This document shows positions 45,635 through 57,590 of a DNA stretch of 64,000 bases, piece after piece. The translations under genes were made by a program, and so were the position numbers. The notes below the pieces were generated by a model that had not been told where the DNA came from, searched no databases, and worked only from the letters and a program-made list of their open reading frames with translations. Position 1 is the first letter of the stretch. Every line of letters starts with the position of its first letter. This stretch comes from Macrostomum lignano (Eukaryota). The stretch is taken from assembly GCA_002269645.1 (NCBI GenBank), contig NIVC01000522.1, positions 486,996 to 550,995 of the forward strand, given 5' to 3'.

Positions 45635-46947
45635 CGAGGGGTGATCAAAAAGTTCTGCAAGTGACCTCACAACTCAGTGTTACAGCAGTCGAGGCGTCTA
45701 ATCAGTGTCACAGTCTCTCAAAGTACTTTCCACCACTATCTGTGCACCATCGCAATGTACCATGTCTGAAAGCAGTCATGGTACTCCGAAGTTGGTATAC
45801 CCTATGGAGCTGAATGTACCGCTTGGGCAAGGTCTTGTATGCGTGAAAACGGCCTCCCAGAAATGACGGATTTGATCCTCGGGAACAGCCAACAGTCGCA
45901 TGGTGCTAGGTCTAGAGAGTAGGGTGGATGGGGCAGCAGCCGGACCCCCTGCTGCTCCAGGCACGCCATGGTTGAGGCCGCTCTGTGCGGTGCCGCATTG
46001 TCATGGTGCAGCAGGAGTCGAGGTCCATGCCTGGTTCGCGCACGTTCCTGCCGCTCCTGCAGCACGCCTGGCAGAACAGTGTCTGTGTAGTACCTGGCAG
46101 TCACTGTGGCACCCGCTGGAAGGATGCTCACCGATACAACACCCTGAGAGTTGAAAAAAATGGCGAACATCCGCTTCCGACTGCGGAATCCGGTCTTCAG
46201 CACCTTGGGCCTCGGGCTCATCTTCTGCCAGCCAGACCATGTTGGACTGCTTATCCTTCATGGTAAAGAAGGGGATCCAACATTCGTCTCCTGTGATGAC
46301 ATCCGACAGTCGTCGTGGGCCGTGGGGCTCAAACATTTGCAGCCACAAGAGACAGATGCGCACCCTCTCTGCTTGCTGCTCCGGAGTGAGAAGATGGGGT
46401 ACCCACCGAGCGCAGGTCTTTGTGCGGCCCAGTTGCTCATGCATGATGTTATGAGCACTTCCATAGCTGACACCAAGCTCATTGGCAAGGAATCTCAGCG
46501 TAATGCTCCAATCCTCACGAATTATTGCATCGGCATGGGCCACGACATCTTCGGTCACGGATGTCCGGGGTCGGCCAGACCTCGGTTCCTCGTTGAAGCT
46601 ATCCCGGCCTTCCAAGAAATGGCGCAGCCAGCGGGCAACCGTGTCAAATGATGGAGCAGAGTCAGCTAAAACATTCACGAGATCGGTGTGAATCTCAGTC
46701 ACTTTGCAACCAAGTTGCATGCACATAAAGATATAGAAGCGAACACTGTCTTTTGATGTTTCCATCAGCTACTGAAAACACATGGAAAATATATGGCTGT
46801 GAAATTTTACTGGAGCACATTTGAAAGCCAAAAATGCATATAAATATAGCAAACAGATATAGCCGCATATGCGTAAGTTTTTGGCTTTTGCCGATTCTAT
46901 AACTAAAAGCTATAACAAAAGGTTGCAGAACTTTTGATCACCCCTCG
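45635..46947 (-). mobile_element. Mariner DNA transposon (DD34D), defective
   Basis: About 27-bp TIRs CGAGGGGTGATCAAAA(A)GTTCTGCAA with a TA TSD at 45633-34 and 46948-49. Transposase motifs RWVPH, ITGDE, HDNA-34aa-D and YSLDLAPCD. Frameshifts near 46230 and 45800. Confidence 0.95.
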
Positions 46948-46949
46948 TA

Positions 46950-48225
46950 AAATCTAGACTGCAGAGCTAAATTGGCGCTAAAATCTAGACTGAGGAGCTG
47001 AATTGGCGCTAAAATCTAGACTGAGGAGCTGAATTGGCGCTAAAATCTAGACTGCTGAGCTGAATTGGCGCTAAAATCTAGACTGAGGAGCTAAATTGGC
47101 GCTAAAATCTAGACTGAGGAGCTGAATTGGCGCTAAAATCTAGACTGAGGAGCTGAATTGGCGCTAAAATCTAGACTCCTGAGGAATTGGCGCTAAAATC
47201 TAGACTCCTGAGGAATTGGCGCTAAAATCTAGACTCCTGAGCTGAATTGGCGCTAAAATCTAGACTCCTGAGCTGAATTGGCGCTAAAATCTAGACTCCT
47301 GAGGAATTGGCGCTAAAATCTAGACTCCTGAGCTGAATTGGCGCTAAAATCTAGACTCCTGAGCTGAATTGGCGCTAAAATCTAGACTCCTGAGCTGAAT
47401 TGGCGCTAAAATCTAGACTCCTGAGCTGAATTGGCGCTAAAATCTAGACTCCTGAGGAATTGGCGCTAAAATCTAGACTCCTGAGCTGAATTGGCGCTAA
47501 AATCTAGACTCCTGAGCTGAATTGGCGCTAAAATCTAGACTCCTGAGGAATTGGCGCTAAAATCTAGACTGTGAGGCTGAATTGGCGCTAAAATCTAATC
47601 TGCGGCGCTAAAATCTAGACTGTGGAGCTGAATTGGAGCTAAAATCTAGACTGCGGAGCTGAATTAGCGCTAAAATCTAATCTGTGGCACTAAAATCTAG
47701 ACTGTGGAGCTGAATTGGCGCTAAAATCTAGACTGTGAGGCTGAATTGGCGCTAAAATCTAATCTGCGGCGCTAAAATCTAGACTGTGGAGCTGAATTAG
47801 CGCTAAAATCTAATCTGTGGCGCTAAAATCTTGTCTGTGGAGCTGAATTGGCGCTAAAATCTAGACTGAGGAGCTGAATTGGCGATAAAATCCAATCTGT
47901 GGCGCTAAAATCTAGACTGTGGAGCTGAATTGGCGCTAAAATCTAGACTGTGGAGCTGAATTGGCGCTAAAATCTAGACTGAGGAGCTGAATTGGCGCTA
48001 AAATCTAGACTCCTGAGGAATTAGCGCTAAAATCTAGACTCCTGAGCTGAATTGGCGCTAAAATCTAGACTGCAGAGAGCTGAATTGGCGCTAAAATCTA
48101 GACTGCGGCGCTGAATTGGCGCTAAAATCTAGACTGCAGAGAGCTGAATTGGCGCTAAAATCTAGACTGCAGAGAGCTGAATTGGCGCTAAAATCTAGAC
48201 TGCGGCGCTGAATTGGCGCTAAAAT
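46950..48225. repeat. 31-bp minisatellite (GAATTGGCGCTAAAATCTAGACTGAGGAGCT)
   Basis: About 41 units with length variants. Confidence 0.96.
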
Positions 48226-49103
48226 ATTTGATTGTTGGAAGAGGATAATTTTAAAACCATTTCAAAATAATAAAAAATGGTTTTATTACTCGTACTTATT
48301 ATTTTTTTTCATCTTAGGAATTCGAATTAGCTACTCTGCATCTGTTCCTTGAGATGTTTTCAATCTTAATTCTCGTGTTGAAAGTTATTATACGGAAATT
48401 CGGAAAAGAATAATGCTATGGTCACGTGAAAAAGTTGCACAACTTTTTTTCTGTACTGTAAAGGTCATCCCAAACTAGCCTATTCAGGTTTGGTCTGGCC
48501 GGCGCCTAGCTTTATGCAACAAGAGTTCATTCGGTTTTTTTGCACTAATAAGTGGCGGACCGGAAGAGAGAAAAAACTGACTCTGTTTTGTTTAACTGTT
48601 AGAGAGTCCCCACGCGCGTGAAGCGTGACTAACACACCTAAAAAGCCTTGGAAAAGGGTTTGTCCTCAGATGTGCGGGGTGGGTTTGGACAGGCGGGACC
48701 ACATGAAGAGCTGTACAATGTGGAGCTAAACTATTCATGCGGTCGCTGCGTGAGTGTTTTTAAGTTTATAGGCTCGCGGGAATGCCGGTATGCTAAAAAT
48801 AGATCAGTTTAAGACCTTGGTGGACACCCTTCAACCCGCTCTACGCTCATTCGGCCTTGGCCAAGCCCTACCCTCGTGCGTACATTCAACAAACCCGGAC
48901 TGCAAGAGAGCTTTCGTTCCCTAGAATTTTCTCCCCTTGGCCTTCGCTCCAGTATGAAAGGCTGTGCCTCCATTGAACAGCCCGCTTGTTGAAACGCCAA
49001 CAACCGAAGCCTCGATCTAGTCTTCCAACAACTCGGTTACAAACGAGGGCAAGTTAACTATTGAAGCATCTTGTTACTCGACAGAAAGTGAGCATTCTGC
49101 ACA

Positions 49104-51088
49104 ATGCGCAAAAGTACACAAGCTATACTGCCTATGCACTCGGCATTGACCGCGTGTCTGGCGAAGCCCGTGCCATGCCAGCAGCAGGCATCGCCAGTTC
49201 GCTGTCGATCGATGTCTAAGCTATCGAATTCGCGCCTGGCCTTGCGCAGCAACGAGTTCCTTGATTCGTCGCGCAACTCTTCAGCTGGGACAGCCGCCAA
49301 CAGCGGGAATGGAAGCAACGGCAACAGCAGCTTGGAACGGGAGCGCACCAGATCCGTGACCTCCTACTACAACCAGTCCGCTATCGACGCCGCGGCCAAG
49401 AAGAACTCGGTCCGTCTGACCCCGGCCTCGCTGCTGTACTCCGGCCGCGCCACCGACGAGAACTACGTGCTCCGGTCGGCTCAGTACCTGCAGAAGGAGC
49501 TGCCAGTTCGCATCGCCCATCGGATCGACGACTTCCGCTCGCTGCCCTTCATCATCGGCTGCAATCCGACCATCCTGTCCGTGCACGAGCTGTACATCCG
49601 GGCATTCCACATCCTGTCTGACTACCCCACCGTCACCAACTTGGCTGAGGAGGAGCAGTACTCCGGCGTAGTTCGTCAGCTGCTCGACGACCACAAGGAC
49701 GTTGTCACCATGCTAGCCGAGGGCTTCCGCGAGTGCAGCCGGCACATCCGGGATCCGCATCTGGTCAGGCAGTTTCTTGACAAGACCCTGACATCGAGGC
49801 TGGGCATCCGCCTGCTGTGCGAGCACCATCTGGCTCTGCGCCAGGAGCGTCCGGACTTTGTCGGCGTCGTGTGCACCCGGTTCTGCCCTGGCGACCTCAT
49901 CGACAGCCGGGCCGCTCACGTGGCCAAGCTGTGCCAGATGAAGTACGGCCTGGCGCCTGCGGTGAAGATCAACGGCAACAGGAAGGCGGCCTTCTCCTAC
50001 ATCATCCAGCCGGTTGAGTACATCGTTACCGAGGTGCTGAAGAACGCGTTCCGCGCCACGGTTGAGCACAACAGGGCCAAGGTCGGCTCCCTGCCCGAGG
50101 TCACCATCACAGTGGCTAACAATGATGTCGATTTCATTATTCGGTGAGTCTGTACGACTGTATTTGCGTCTTAGGCGCCATTTCTAGCTTCTCTGGCGCC
50201 ATTTCTAGTTTTTCTGACACCATTTTTAGTTTTTCTGGCGCCATTTCTAGATTCTCTGGCGCCATTTTTAGCTTTCCTTGCGCCATTTCTATTTCTTCTG
50301 GCGCCATTTCTAGATTCTCTGGTGCCATTTTTAGCTTCTCTGGCGCCATTTCTACTCTAGCTTCTCTGGCCCTGGCGCCATTTCTAGACTCTGGTGCCAT
50401 TTATAGACTCTCTAGCGCCATTTCTAGACTATCTGGCGCCATTTCTAGACTATCTGGCGCCATTTCTAGACTCTGGTGCCATTTATAGACTCTCTAGCGC
50501 CATTTCTAGACTATCTGGCGCCATTTCTAGACTATCTGGCGCCATTTCTAGACTCTCTAGCGCCATTTCTAGACTCTCCATTGTTCTCGAATTTAAAATT
50601 ATTTCGTAGAATAATTTTCTAGAATAACTTAAGAAGCAGTTTTGAATAGTCTTGGCTGGGTTGCGTGTGTGCGTTCATTCTCACACATTAATCAAAAAGC
50701 GCTAGAAATGTTCGCACTACCCTACTTAAAGTTACCGATGAGTAGAAAAAATAGCGTATAACGGTCTATTTTTGCTAATTACATTAAAATTTGCAGCTTC
50801 AGCGATCGCGGCGGCGGCATTGCGCACGACATCGCGACCAGCATATTTGAGTACCATTTCTCAACTTCCGGCAAGCACAGCGACGAGAATGAGTCGTTCT
50901 TCGACCGGGTCTCCGAGTCCCGTTCGGTGGGCCCGATGCACGGCTTCGGCTTCGGATTGCCAACCTCGCGCGCCTACGCGCACTACCTTGGCGGCCGCCT
51001 CACCTTCGAAACCATGCAGGGTGTCGGCTCGGATTTCTACCTGCGCCTGAGGCATATCGACGGCAAAGGGGACAGCTTCCGCATTTGA
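49104..51088 (+). CDS. BCKDK: Branched-chain alpha-ketoacid dehydrogenase kinase; exons 49104-50143, 50797-51088
   Basis: SYYNQSAID...VRLTP..LLYSG...[17 protein letters not shown]; [12 protein letters not shown]; [12 protein letters not shown]; spliced R|FSDRGGGI; [21 protein letters not shown]. The start codon is uncertain. Confidence 0.94.
50170..50580. repeat. 21-bp minisatellite (TCTGGCGCCATTTCTAGACTC) in the BCKDK intron
   Basis: Directly visible. Confidence 0.93.
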
Positions 51089-51824
51089 GGGTCCTTGGTA
51101 ACCCAGTTCATAATTCACTTCACTTGTCGAATTTTATTAATGACTCACAACTACGGTTTTTTAAAAACGAAATTTAACAACAGAAGACAGCACAAACTGG
51201 CATGTTAATTCCACCAATAATCGATTTGATTCCGTATTAAAACTGTATCAGTGATTAATTATCCAAATCGTCAGGTAATTGAGCACTTTCTTATTTGTGC
51301 TATATTATTTTCGCTTGAATTTCTTCATTCTCTGTTCTAAAAGCTGTTTCTTCATTTAAAATTCGTTTCTTCTGTTATACTACTTACTTAGATCGTTGTT
51401 AGCAGTAGTCAGGTTTGCGTGTTCAGAGAGTCTCAATTCCTGTCTGCCTACCTGGCTGCTCCAGCCTCAAATTTATCAAGCCTGGTCAGTCAACTCGCGC
51501 CTGACTTTACAAATTTTTAACCTTTGCTCTCATTTAGGCTCCTCTGTTTACCCGCGTTGCTTATGGTGATGTGGTCTCTGTTTTTGTTATCGTGAGGGCA
51601 ATTCCATTGCTTAAACTCTGCCATAGCTGAAAAAAATCATTAATATATTCCAGTCACTCAAAATTACTTTCTAGCAGTGCTGTAATCTTCCGTTATTATT
51701 GTAAAGCTTCAAAATATTACAATAATACAATAGTAGATTGCATGTAGGTAGAAACTCTTCAAACTTGATCAAAGGCTTTATAGTAGAAGGCATGAGGGGG
51801 CTTCTGGGACAAAATTTTTCACCT

Positions 51825-52036
51825 CCTCCATAATCCCATTAAATCCATCCATATTATCCCTGACAGAATCAGAAAAAAAGGGGGGTCGCACTCGCTCCGA
51901 AAACGTCCTCCATAATTCCATTAAATCCATCTATATTATCCCCGACAGAATCAGAAAAAAGGGGGGTCGCACTCGCTCACAAAACGTCCTCCATAATCCC
52001 ATTAAATCCATCCATATTATCCCTGACAGAATCAGA
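51825..52036. repeat. 81-82 bp subterminal tandem repeat (2.6 copies)
   Basis: CCTCCATAAT.CCATTAAATCCATC.ATATTATCCC.GACAGAATCAGA begins at 51825, 51907 and 51988. Confidence 0.9.
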
Positions 52037-52247
52037 GCATAACAGGTGTCCTACTTGTTCCGAAAACTTCAAACATAATCCCATTATAATCCACTGACAT
52101 CCACCCATAGCATATTCGAAACAATCAGAAAATAATCTGCATTCTTCTCCCCACATTCAATCCGCAACGTGCTACCACATCCCTAAGACTTTAAATCATC
52201 AGCGCAGGGTCCTTACCCTTTGAAAAAAAATTAAATTCTCAATAAAA

Positions 52248-52490
52248 ATGTTTCCAGTTGTCTTTCCAGGTTCCTATTATACTCAGCCTCATCCATTGTA
52301 CAAATCCAAGTACCAATGCAAGAAGGAATGCAGCGAGTACATGAGAAAATATTGGCCCGATGTTGATATCAATGCCCCTAATATTAATCTAGCTCTTCAA
52401 AGACACTGGTTTCATAAGTATGGAGTAACCTATGTAAAAGATTACGACAGCTACTATAACTTTGCAGAAATCATTAGGCAGTTGCGTTAA
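52248..52490 (+). CDS. Polinton small ORF, 80 aa, Tyr/aromatic-rich, unknown function
   Basis: Intact ORF with an AAAAATG start context like the other viral genes. No family was recognised. Confidence 0.55.
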   Translation: MFPVVFPGSYYTQPHPLYKSKYQCKKECSEYMRKYWPDVDINAPNINLALQRHWFHKYGVTYVKDYDSYYNFAEIIRQLR

Positions 52491-52764
52491 AAAACCGAAA
52501 AACCAAAAGGCCAAAAGGCCAAAAGGCCAAAAAGGCCAAAAGGCCGAAATCGTTTTCATTTTGGCCTCGCGCGAGGCCGAAATCGTTTGCATTCTGGCCT
52601 TCCCTCGAGACGGAATTCTTCCTCGGCTGGGCTCAGTTAAAGTGAAAATCTCTCTCCCCCACGCGCGCTGCGCCCACACACGTAAGAGATTTTGAGTACA
52701 CATGCGCGCATTTTTTCATACCACTCTATTCTCGGCAAGCATACTTAAAAGGGAACGCATTTTC

Positions 52765-53628
52765 TCACATTCTCTCAATGATTAACGTCAATACAAACTC
52801 TTCCCCATTAAAATCAACACCCACCCCATCTTCAGTCTCAAACTGTAGCACAATCTCGTGAATCTCCTTATTACTCAATACAACTCTTTTCACTGGATTT
52901 GGTTTCTCTACCACCATCTGTCCTCCAGCTACAGAGTTGGAGATATTGTACAAAATATTCGTTCGCTTTCCCTTAAATACCCAATCAAGACTGAGATTAG
53001 TTCTGATTAGAATATTCAAACCCTTTACAATGTCTGCTATATTGGGTGCTAAGAACAAACCGCGTACACTTTCCCGGGCCATGCTAACGGTCCCCAATGC
53101 TTGAGTGGCAGTCCGCGCCGCGGATTCTGCCTTATAAACTTTCTTCTCGAATCCCAGTTCCCTATACCAAGTGTCATCTTTAAACTCAACCTCCGCATCT
53201 TTGTGAACTTGCATGACCACTCTCATTACAGTGAGATCATAGGTTAGTTTGACAGGGAACAGTTTCTTCTCTGGCTTACTCGCATCAGGTGTCTCAAAAT
53301 GGCCTCTCTTAGTAAAGACATTTTCTAGAAAGTTATTGTAGGTATCCACACTTTGCGTGCTCACATGGAATACCACAGGGTCTGCTGCTGCACCTTTCCA
53401 TTTGTAATAAAACTTATTATTTGCTGCCATCACATTGGGAACGTTTGACCAACCAGTGAAGTCGTTAAGATAGACATGGTAATTAGCGCCTGGATCCAGG
53501 CGAATCGCCTGCTCTAATTTTTCAACAAACATCCCGTTTGAGTCATTAATTCGCCCAGTTATTGTAATAGGAATGCTCTCCTTGGAGTGTGAAATAATAT
53601 TATTTAGTCTTTCAGCAATCGCTTCCAT
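52765..53628 (-). CDS. Polinton minor capsid protein (penton, single jelly-roll)
   Basis: C-terminus NILYNISNSVAGGQMVVEKPNP...EIHEIVLQFETEDGVGVDFNGEEFVLTLII matches the Polinton penton pattern. It sits directly downstream of the MCP. The probable ATG is at 53628 (AAAAATGG). Confidence 0.8.
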   Translation of the reverse strand: MEAIAERLNNIISHSKESIPITITGRINDSNGMFVEKLEQAIRLDPGANYHVYLNDFTGWSNVPNVMAANNKFYYKWKGAAADPVVFHVSTQSVDTYNNFLENVFTKRGHFETPDASKPEKKLFPVKLTYDLTVMRVVMQVHKDAEVEFKDDTWYRELGFEKKVYKAESAARTATQALGTVSMARESVRGLFLAPNIADIVKGLNILIRTNLSLDWVFKGKRTNILYNISNSVAGGQMVVEKPNPVKRVVLSNKEIHEIVLQFETEDGVGVDFNGEEFVLTLIIERM

Positions 53629-53652
53629 TTTTCCACCCACAAAAAAAAATAT

Positions 53653-54925
53653 TTAAACTTTACTGGATGAATTGTTGATCATGTTAAGCTTCACCTTCCT
53701 CTCAAATGCATAGATAATGTACAAGTCCACGGGTGTTGCGTCAGTCCTCTCAATGTTAGTCACGATATTCACAGGGCTGTTATCAGTAGGCATTTGTCTG
53801 GCAGACACATCAGCGCCAAACATTGGATATAGAGTTCCATATTGAAGAGCTGTGATAGCAATTCCGTTGTTCTCTTTCACAGCCAAGTCGACCAACTCGC
53901 TGTAAAATTTGCTAATCTTGTTCTGACTGAAATTTCCATTTTGTGGCAGTGCAGGGTAAAGATTATCACTGATTTCATGCTGAATGGACCGCACGTCTCC
54001 ATGCGTGTAGCGTATAATGCTATTTGGGTTTCTCATATTAATAATGATATACCTTGGATTGCTGCATGATCCCTCTTTGATGCAGATGTTTGTTCTAGTT
54101 TCGTTTCGCTCATCTCGACACATGTAGGCCGTGTATGCAACATCAATGTCCTTCTCTATTGCCTTAAGATAGTCTGCTTTTAGTGCAGTCTTTGGCTCAA
54201 TGACTTCCAAATACAGCTCGATTCCGGTTAGCTTCACCTCCATCCTTGTGTGGTCCGCCCCAGTCCACAACACTCTACTGCGATCATCTCTAGTCAGTCT
54301 AAATGTGTAGCTAAAGTTACTAGTCAGTCGATTAAATTTATTACAGAATCCACTCATAAATCTCAGTGGTACAAATACATCAACAGACCGATACAGCGGG
54401 TTTTTAGCAGCATCATCAGCACCTTGCAATGCATAGTTGTATCTCTTCTTCCTCTTTTTATAGCCACTGTCATTGATGTCTCCTTCTTTTTCATCTGCAA
54501 TAAAACCCGCACCACTTCCCAACTGAATAAAATCAGGATTCTCGATCAAACAATGAGCGTCATAGACAATTCCAAAGTTGGCGATTCGCTCCAACTCAGT
54601 GCTCCCATTCGATACACTAAACTCCTTGAACATGTACGCCCAAAAGTTACTGATCAGAGCCACATCCGCATCATGCTTGTCAACGTTAGCACGAGCCGCA
54701 TCCGCACCACCTTTTGTCTTGAATTGAAATGTCATATGGAAGCCGCTCTTAAGACTGTGCACACTAACCAGAGACGACAAATGTCAGTGTTTGACCTGGA
54801 CCCAAATTAGTTTCATTCTGGTTCTCGTGACTCGGAACTCTAACTTGTGTCGCTTTGATTGTGCTATCATCACTCAAAATAGGCTTGTTAATTTTGTAGA
54901 AAACTGGTGTCAGTGGGTCGTTCAT
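53653..54925 (-). pseudogene. Polinton major capsid protein (double jelly-roll), one frameshift near 54770
   Basis: From ATG 54925 it reads MNDPLTPVFYKINKPILSDDSTIKATQVRVP...GQTLTFVVSG, then shifts into the 53653..54780 frame (NFWAYMFKEF...FVPLRFMSGFC...IELYLEVIEP...YIIYAFER). Size and beta-rich motifs fit the Polinton MCP. Confidence 0.8.
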
Positions 54926-54956
54926 TTTTTTAACTAAAAATAAAATAAAATAAGAA

Positions 54957-56193
54957 ATGAAGCGGAAAAGTACACAGCAGATATCTGAATTGGAGAAGCT
55001 AGCACAAGCAGAGAAACGAGTTACCGGGCTAATAAATAAGGAGCAACAATCCTACAATGAGTTTGTCCAAGCAGCTACAGAGTTTCATAAACCCGGGTAT
55101 GGAGAAGCTAAGAAAAATATTGATCAGGTCAAAGAAACTATCGACGACATACAGGAAACCCAAGTGCAAAAGGCTTTGGGCAAAATTCCAGAAGCACCAC
55201 AGATACAACCGCAACCACAGACACAACCGCAACCACAACAATCACAACCACAACAATCACAACCACAACAGCAACTAAAAGTGACAGATAACATTTTTGG
55301 ACCAGTAGAGCGTGTCGAACATGATGGGAAATATGTATTTGGAATAAGTATGTGGAGAAAAAACATTTATAATGAACCAGTGGAATATTATATCGACATA
55401 AATAAGGAAAATATTTCTGTTGTCAAAGGCTCAGAAGCTATGAAAATTCCTTTCACAGAAACCTTACTGACTTTTATGACCAAGAACCAAGAGAGAATCT
55501 CGGACAAACAGCTAAAGAACTATAGAGATCTAGTGACTTTTGCTCTTGCTAGAGATATAGCAATACTAAAGGCCCCAGAAGTCCTGAGACTTATGTATGA
55601 TAACGGTGTCAACCTGACTAGATTCAAAAAGTACAATCACTTTAAACAATGGTTCGATTTGCCAGATCAGGCGGAAGTCATAAAATATCTAGAACAACAG
55701 CAACAGCAACCACAACAACAACAGCAACCGCCACAACAGCAGCAACATTCCACAGAAGAACAAGTACTTAGTCAACTCGAGCAGTTAGACCCTTTGAAAG
55801 TAGCTGAATATAAAAATGATCACCCAGATGCCTGGCAACTCTTAGAACAACACTCTCCAGATCGAATGAACAGAATCAAGCAAAGAGTTTTCACACCTCA
55901 ACAAAGACAGGCGCCACATGACAGTTCCATCTCTGAAAGTGAGCAGTCTTTTGCATCACCTCCCCAGCAGCCACAAGCCCAACCAACTCCACAACCTCAA
56001 GACCAACGCCTCAACTGGAAAAGGAATAGCTGAAATCTACAAGCGAGTAGCGGTTCTTCTAGGAGCAGCAAAGACCGGAATGAAAGATGAGAATAGAAAA
56101 GAGTTCGTTCACATCCTCAATAAAATGCTTGAGAGAAAATACATCGATAAGAGGGCGAGAGAGCTTCTGCTTTCGCGGTTTAACAAAAAATAA
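54957..56193 (+). CDS. Polinton Gln-rich protein; probably frameshifted into the 55918..56193 frame
   Basis: 358-aa ORF with two Q/P tracts. The overlapping frame supplies TGKG..IYKRVAVLLGAAKTG...EFVHILNKMLERKYI, resembling a helical C-terminal motif seen in Polinton proteins (recalled, not searched). Confidence 0.65.
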
Positions 56194-56209
56194 ATTTCTA
56201 TTTAAAAAG

Positions 56210-56587
56210 ATGCCACTTATTTTCGAAAAAGACATTGACAAATACTATGACAAAGAGGAACTTAATCTCATTAAACGCGGATCTGGACTTTTCCCTGCAG
56301 GCCACTATCCAAGAAAAGAACGCTCAGGGAACGGTCTTGCCGATTTGATCGCTCAGGGGGCCAAGATTTTTAAGGTCATTGGAGAGAACAAAGAGAACAT
56401 CAAGAACGTTGCCGAAGCGGCTGGCAGTGTAGCCACAGCAGCCAAAAAGATAAAGGAGACTGTAACACCTAAACAAGAGATTCAACCGCTGGCTCCGCTG
56501 GCCCCAAATCCAGACAATGTGGACCCTGCAGTCTATGAGAAGATGAGAGCTAGCATTAAAAAGGGAAGCGGTTTCAAATTTGACTAA
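56210..56587 (+). CDS. Polinton small basic protein with GxG motifs and an amphipathic helix (putative core/membrane-active protein)
   Basis: ATG at 56210 (AAAAAGATG); RGSGL, RSGNGLADLIAQGAKIFKVIG, KKGSGF. Confidence 0.65.
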   Translation: MPLIFEKDIDKYYDKEELNLIKRGSGLFPAGHYPRKERSGNGLADLIAQGAKIFKVIGENKENIKNVAEAAGSVATAAKKIKETVTPKQEIQPLAPLAPNPDNVDPAVYEKMRASIKKGSGFKFD

Positions 56588-56635
56588 AGGGTACTTTTCA
56601 AGGGTACAAGACATGTAAGAGTATAAGACTAGTCC

Positions 56636-56735
56636 TGAAATGACACATCTAAGTCCCAAAATGACACATCTAAGTCCCAAAATGACACATCTAAGTCCCA
56701 AAACGACACATTCAAGTCCCGAAATGACACATCTA
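56636..56735. repeat. 21-bp tandem repeat (AAATGACACATCTAAGTCCCA), about 5 copies, upstream of the ATPase
   Basis: Directly visible. Confidence 0.9.
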
Positions 56736-56774
56736 AATGATTTATTATTTAATTTTTTTTCAATCATAGAAAAA

Positions 56775-57560
56775 ATGGACTTCTCAAACGACTTCAATCC
56801 TCACTGGACGCGTAATCAGATTAAGTTTTCTCATCACGAGTCAATTCCGAGTCATTTCAGATGCATTGTTGTTGGTTCATCAGGTTCAGGTAAAACATTC
56901 AGAGTCTTTAACATGCTTCTTAGACCTGGCTTTATCGACTATGACACTCTGCACATCTACTCTCCCACACTGTATCAAGATGAGTATAGAATGTTGATTG
57001 CAGGGTTTCAAAACAAGCTGAACAAAGAGGACATTATTGCATGTTTTAATAACCAAATAAGCCTTCCCAGTAACCCAGAAATTGTAGCTGCTGAATATTC
57101 AAAGCACCTCAAAGACAATGAAAAATGGCAGAACATTAAAGTGTTCACCTATGGAGATCCACAGGCTGATCCAAAGACCAAACTTCTACCCCAACCAGAT
57201 GAGCTAGAAAAGGGGAGAAAGCATTTGATCGTCTTTGATGATTGTATGACAGGCCCACAGAAGCAGATAGAAAACTATTTTACAAGAGGACGACATAACA
57301 ATTGTAATGTAATTTACATTGCACAGAACTGGTTCGAGCTCCCGAACAAAACAATTCGTGGGAACTGCAATCTGATTCTCCTGTTTCCAACCATTCCACA
57401 GGACAGGTTAAAAAGATTTTACAATGAGGTCATTGCGCCTGCCTATTTCATAAATCCAACAAAAAACTCAAGCAGAAAGATTTCACAGAGGAATTCGTTA
57501 ATCTTTGCTATGACAAGTGGAATCAGCCTTACCAGTTTGTGATTATCAGCAAAGAAAAAA
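56775..57560 (+). CDS. A32-like (FtsK/HerA) DNA-packaging ATPase; C-terminus frameshifted
   Basis: Walker A GSSGSGKT, Walker B LIVFDD, FTRGRH, YIAQNW, IRGNCN. Confidence 0.93.
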
Positions 57561-57590
57561 GAACTGTAATTTAAAATTTGCTATTAAAAG

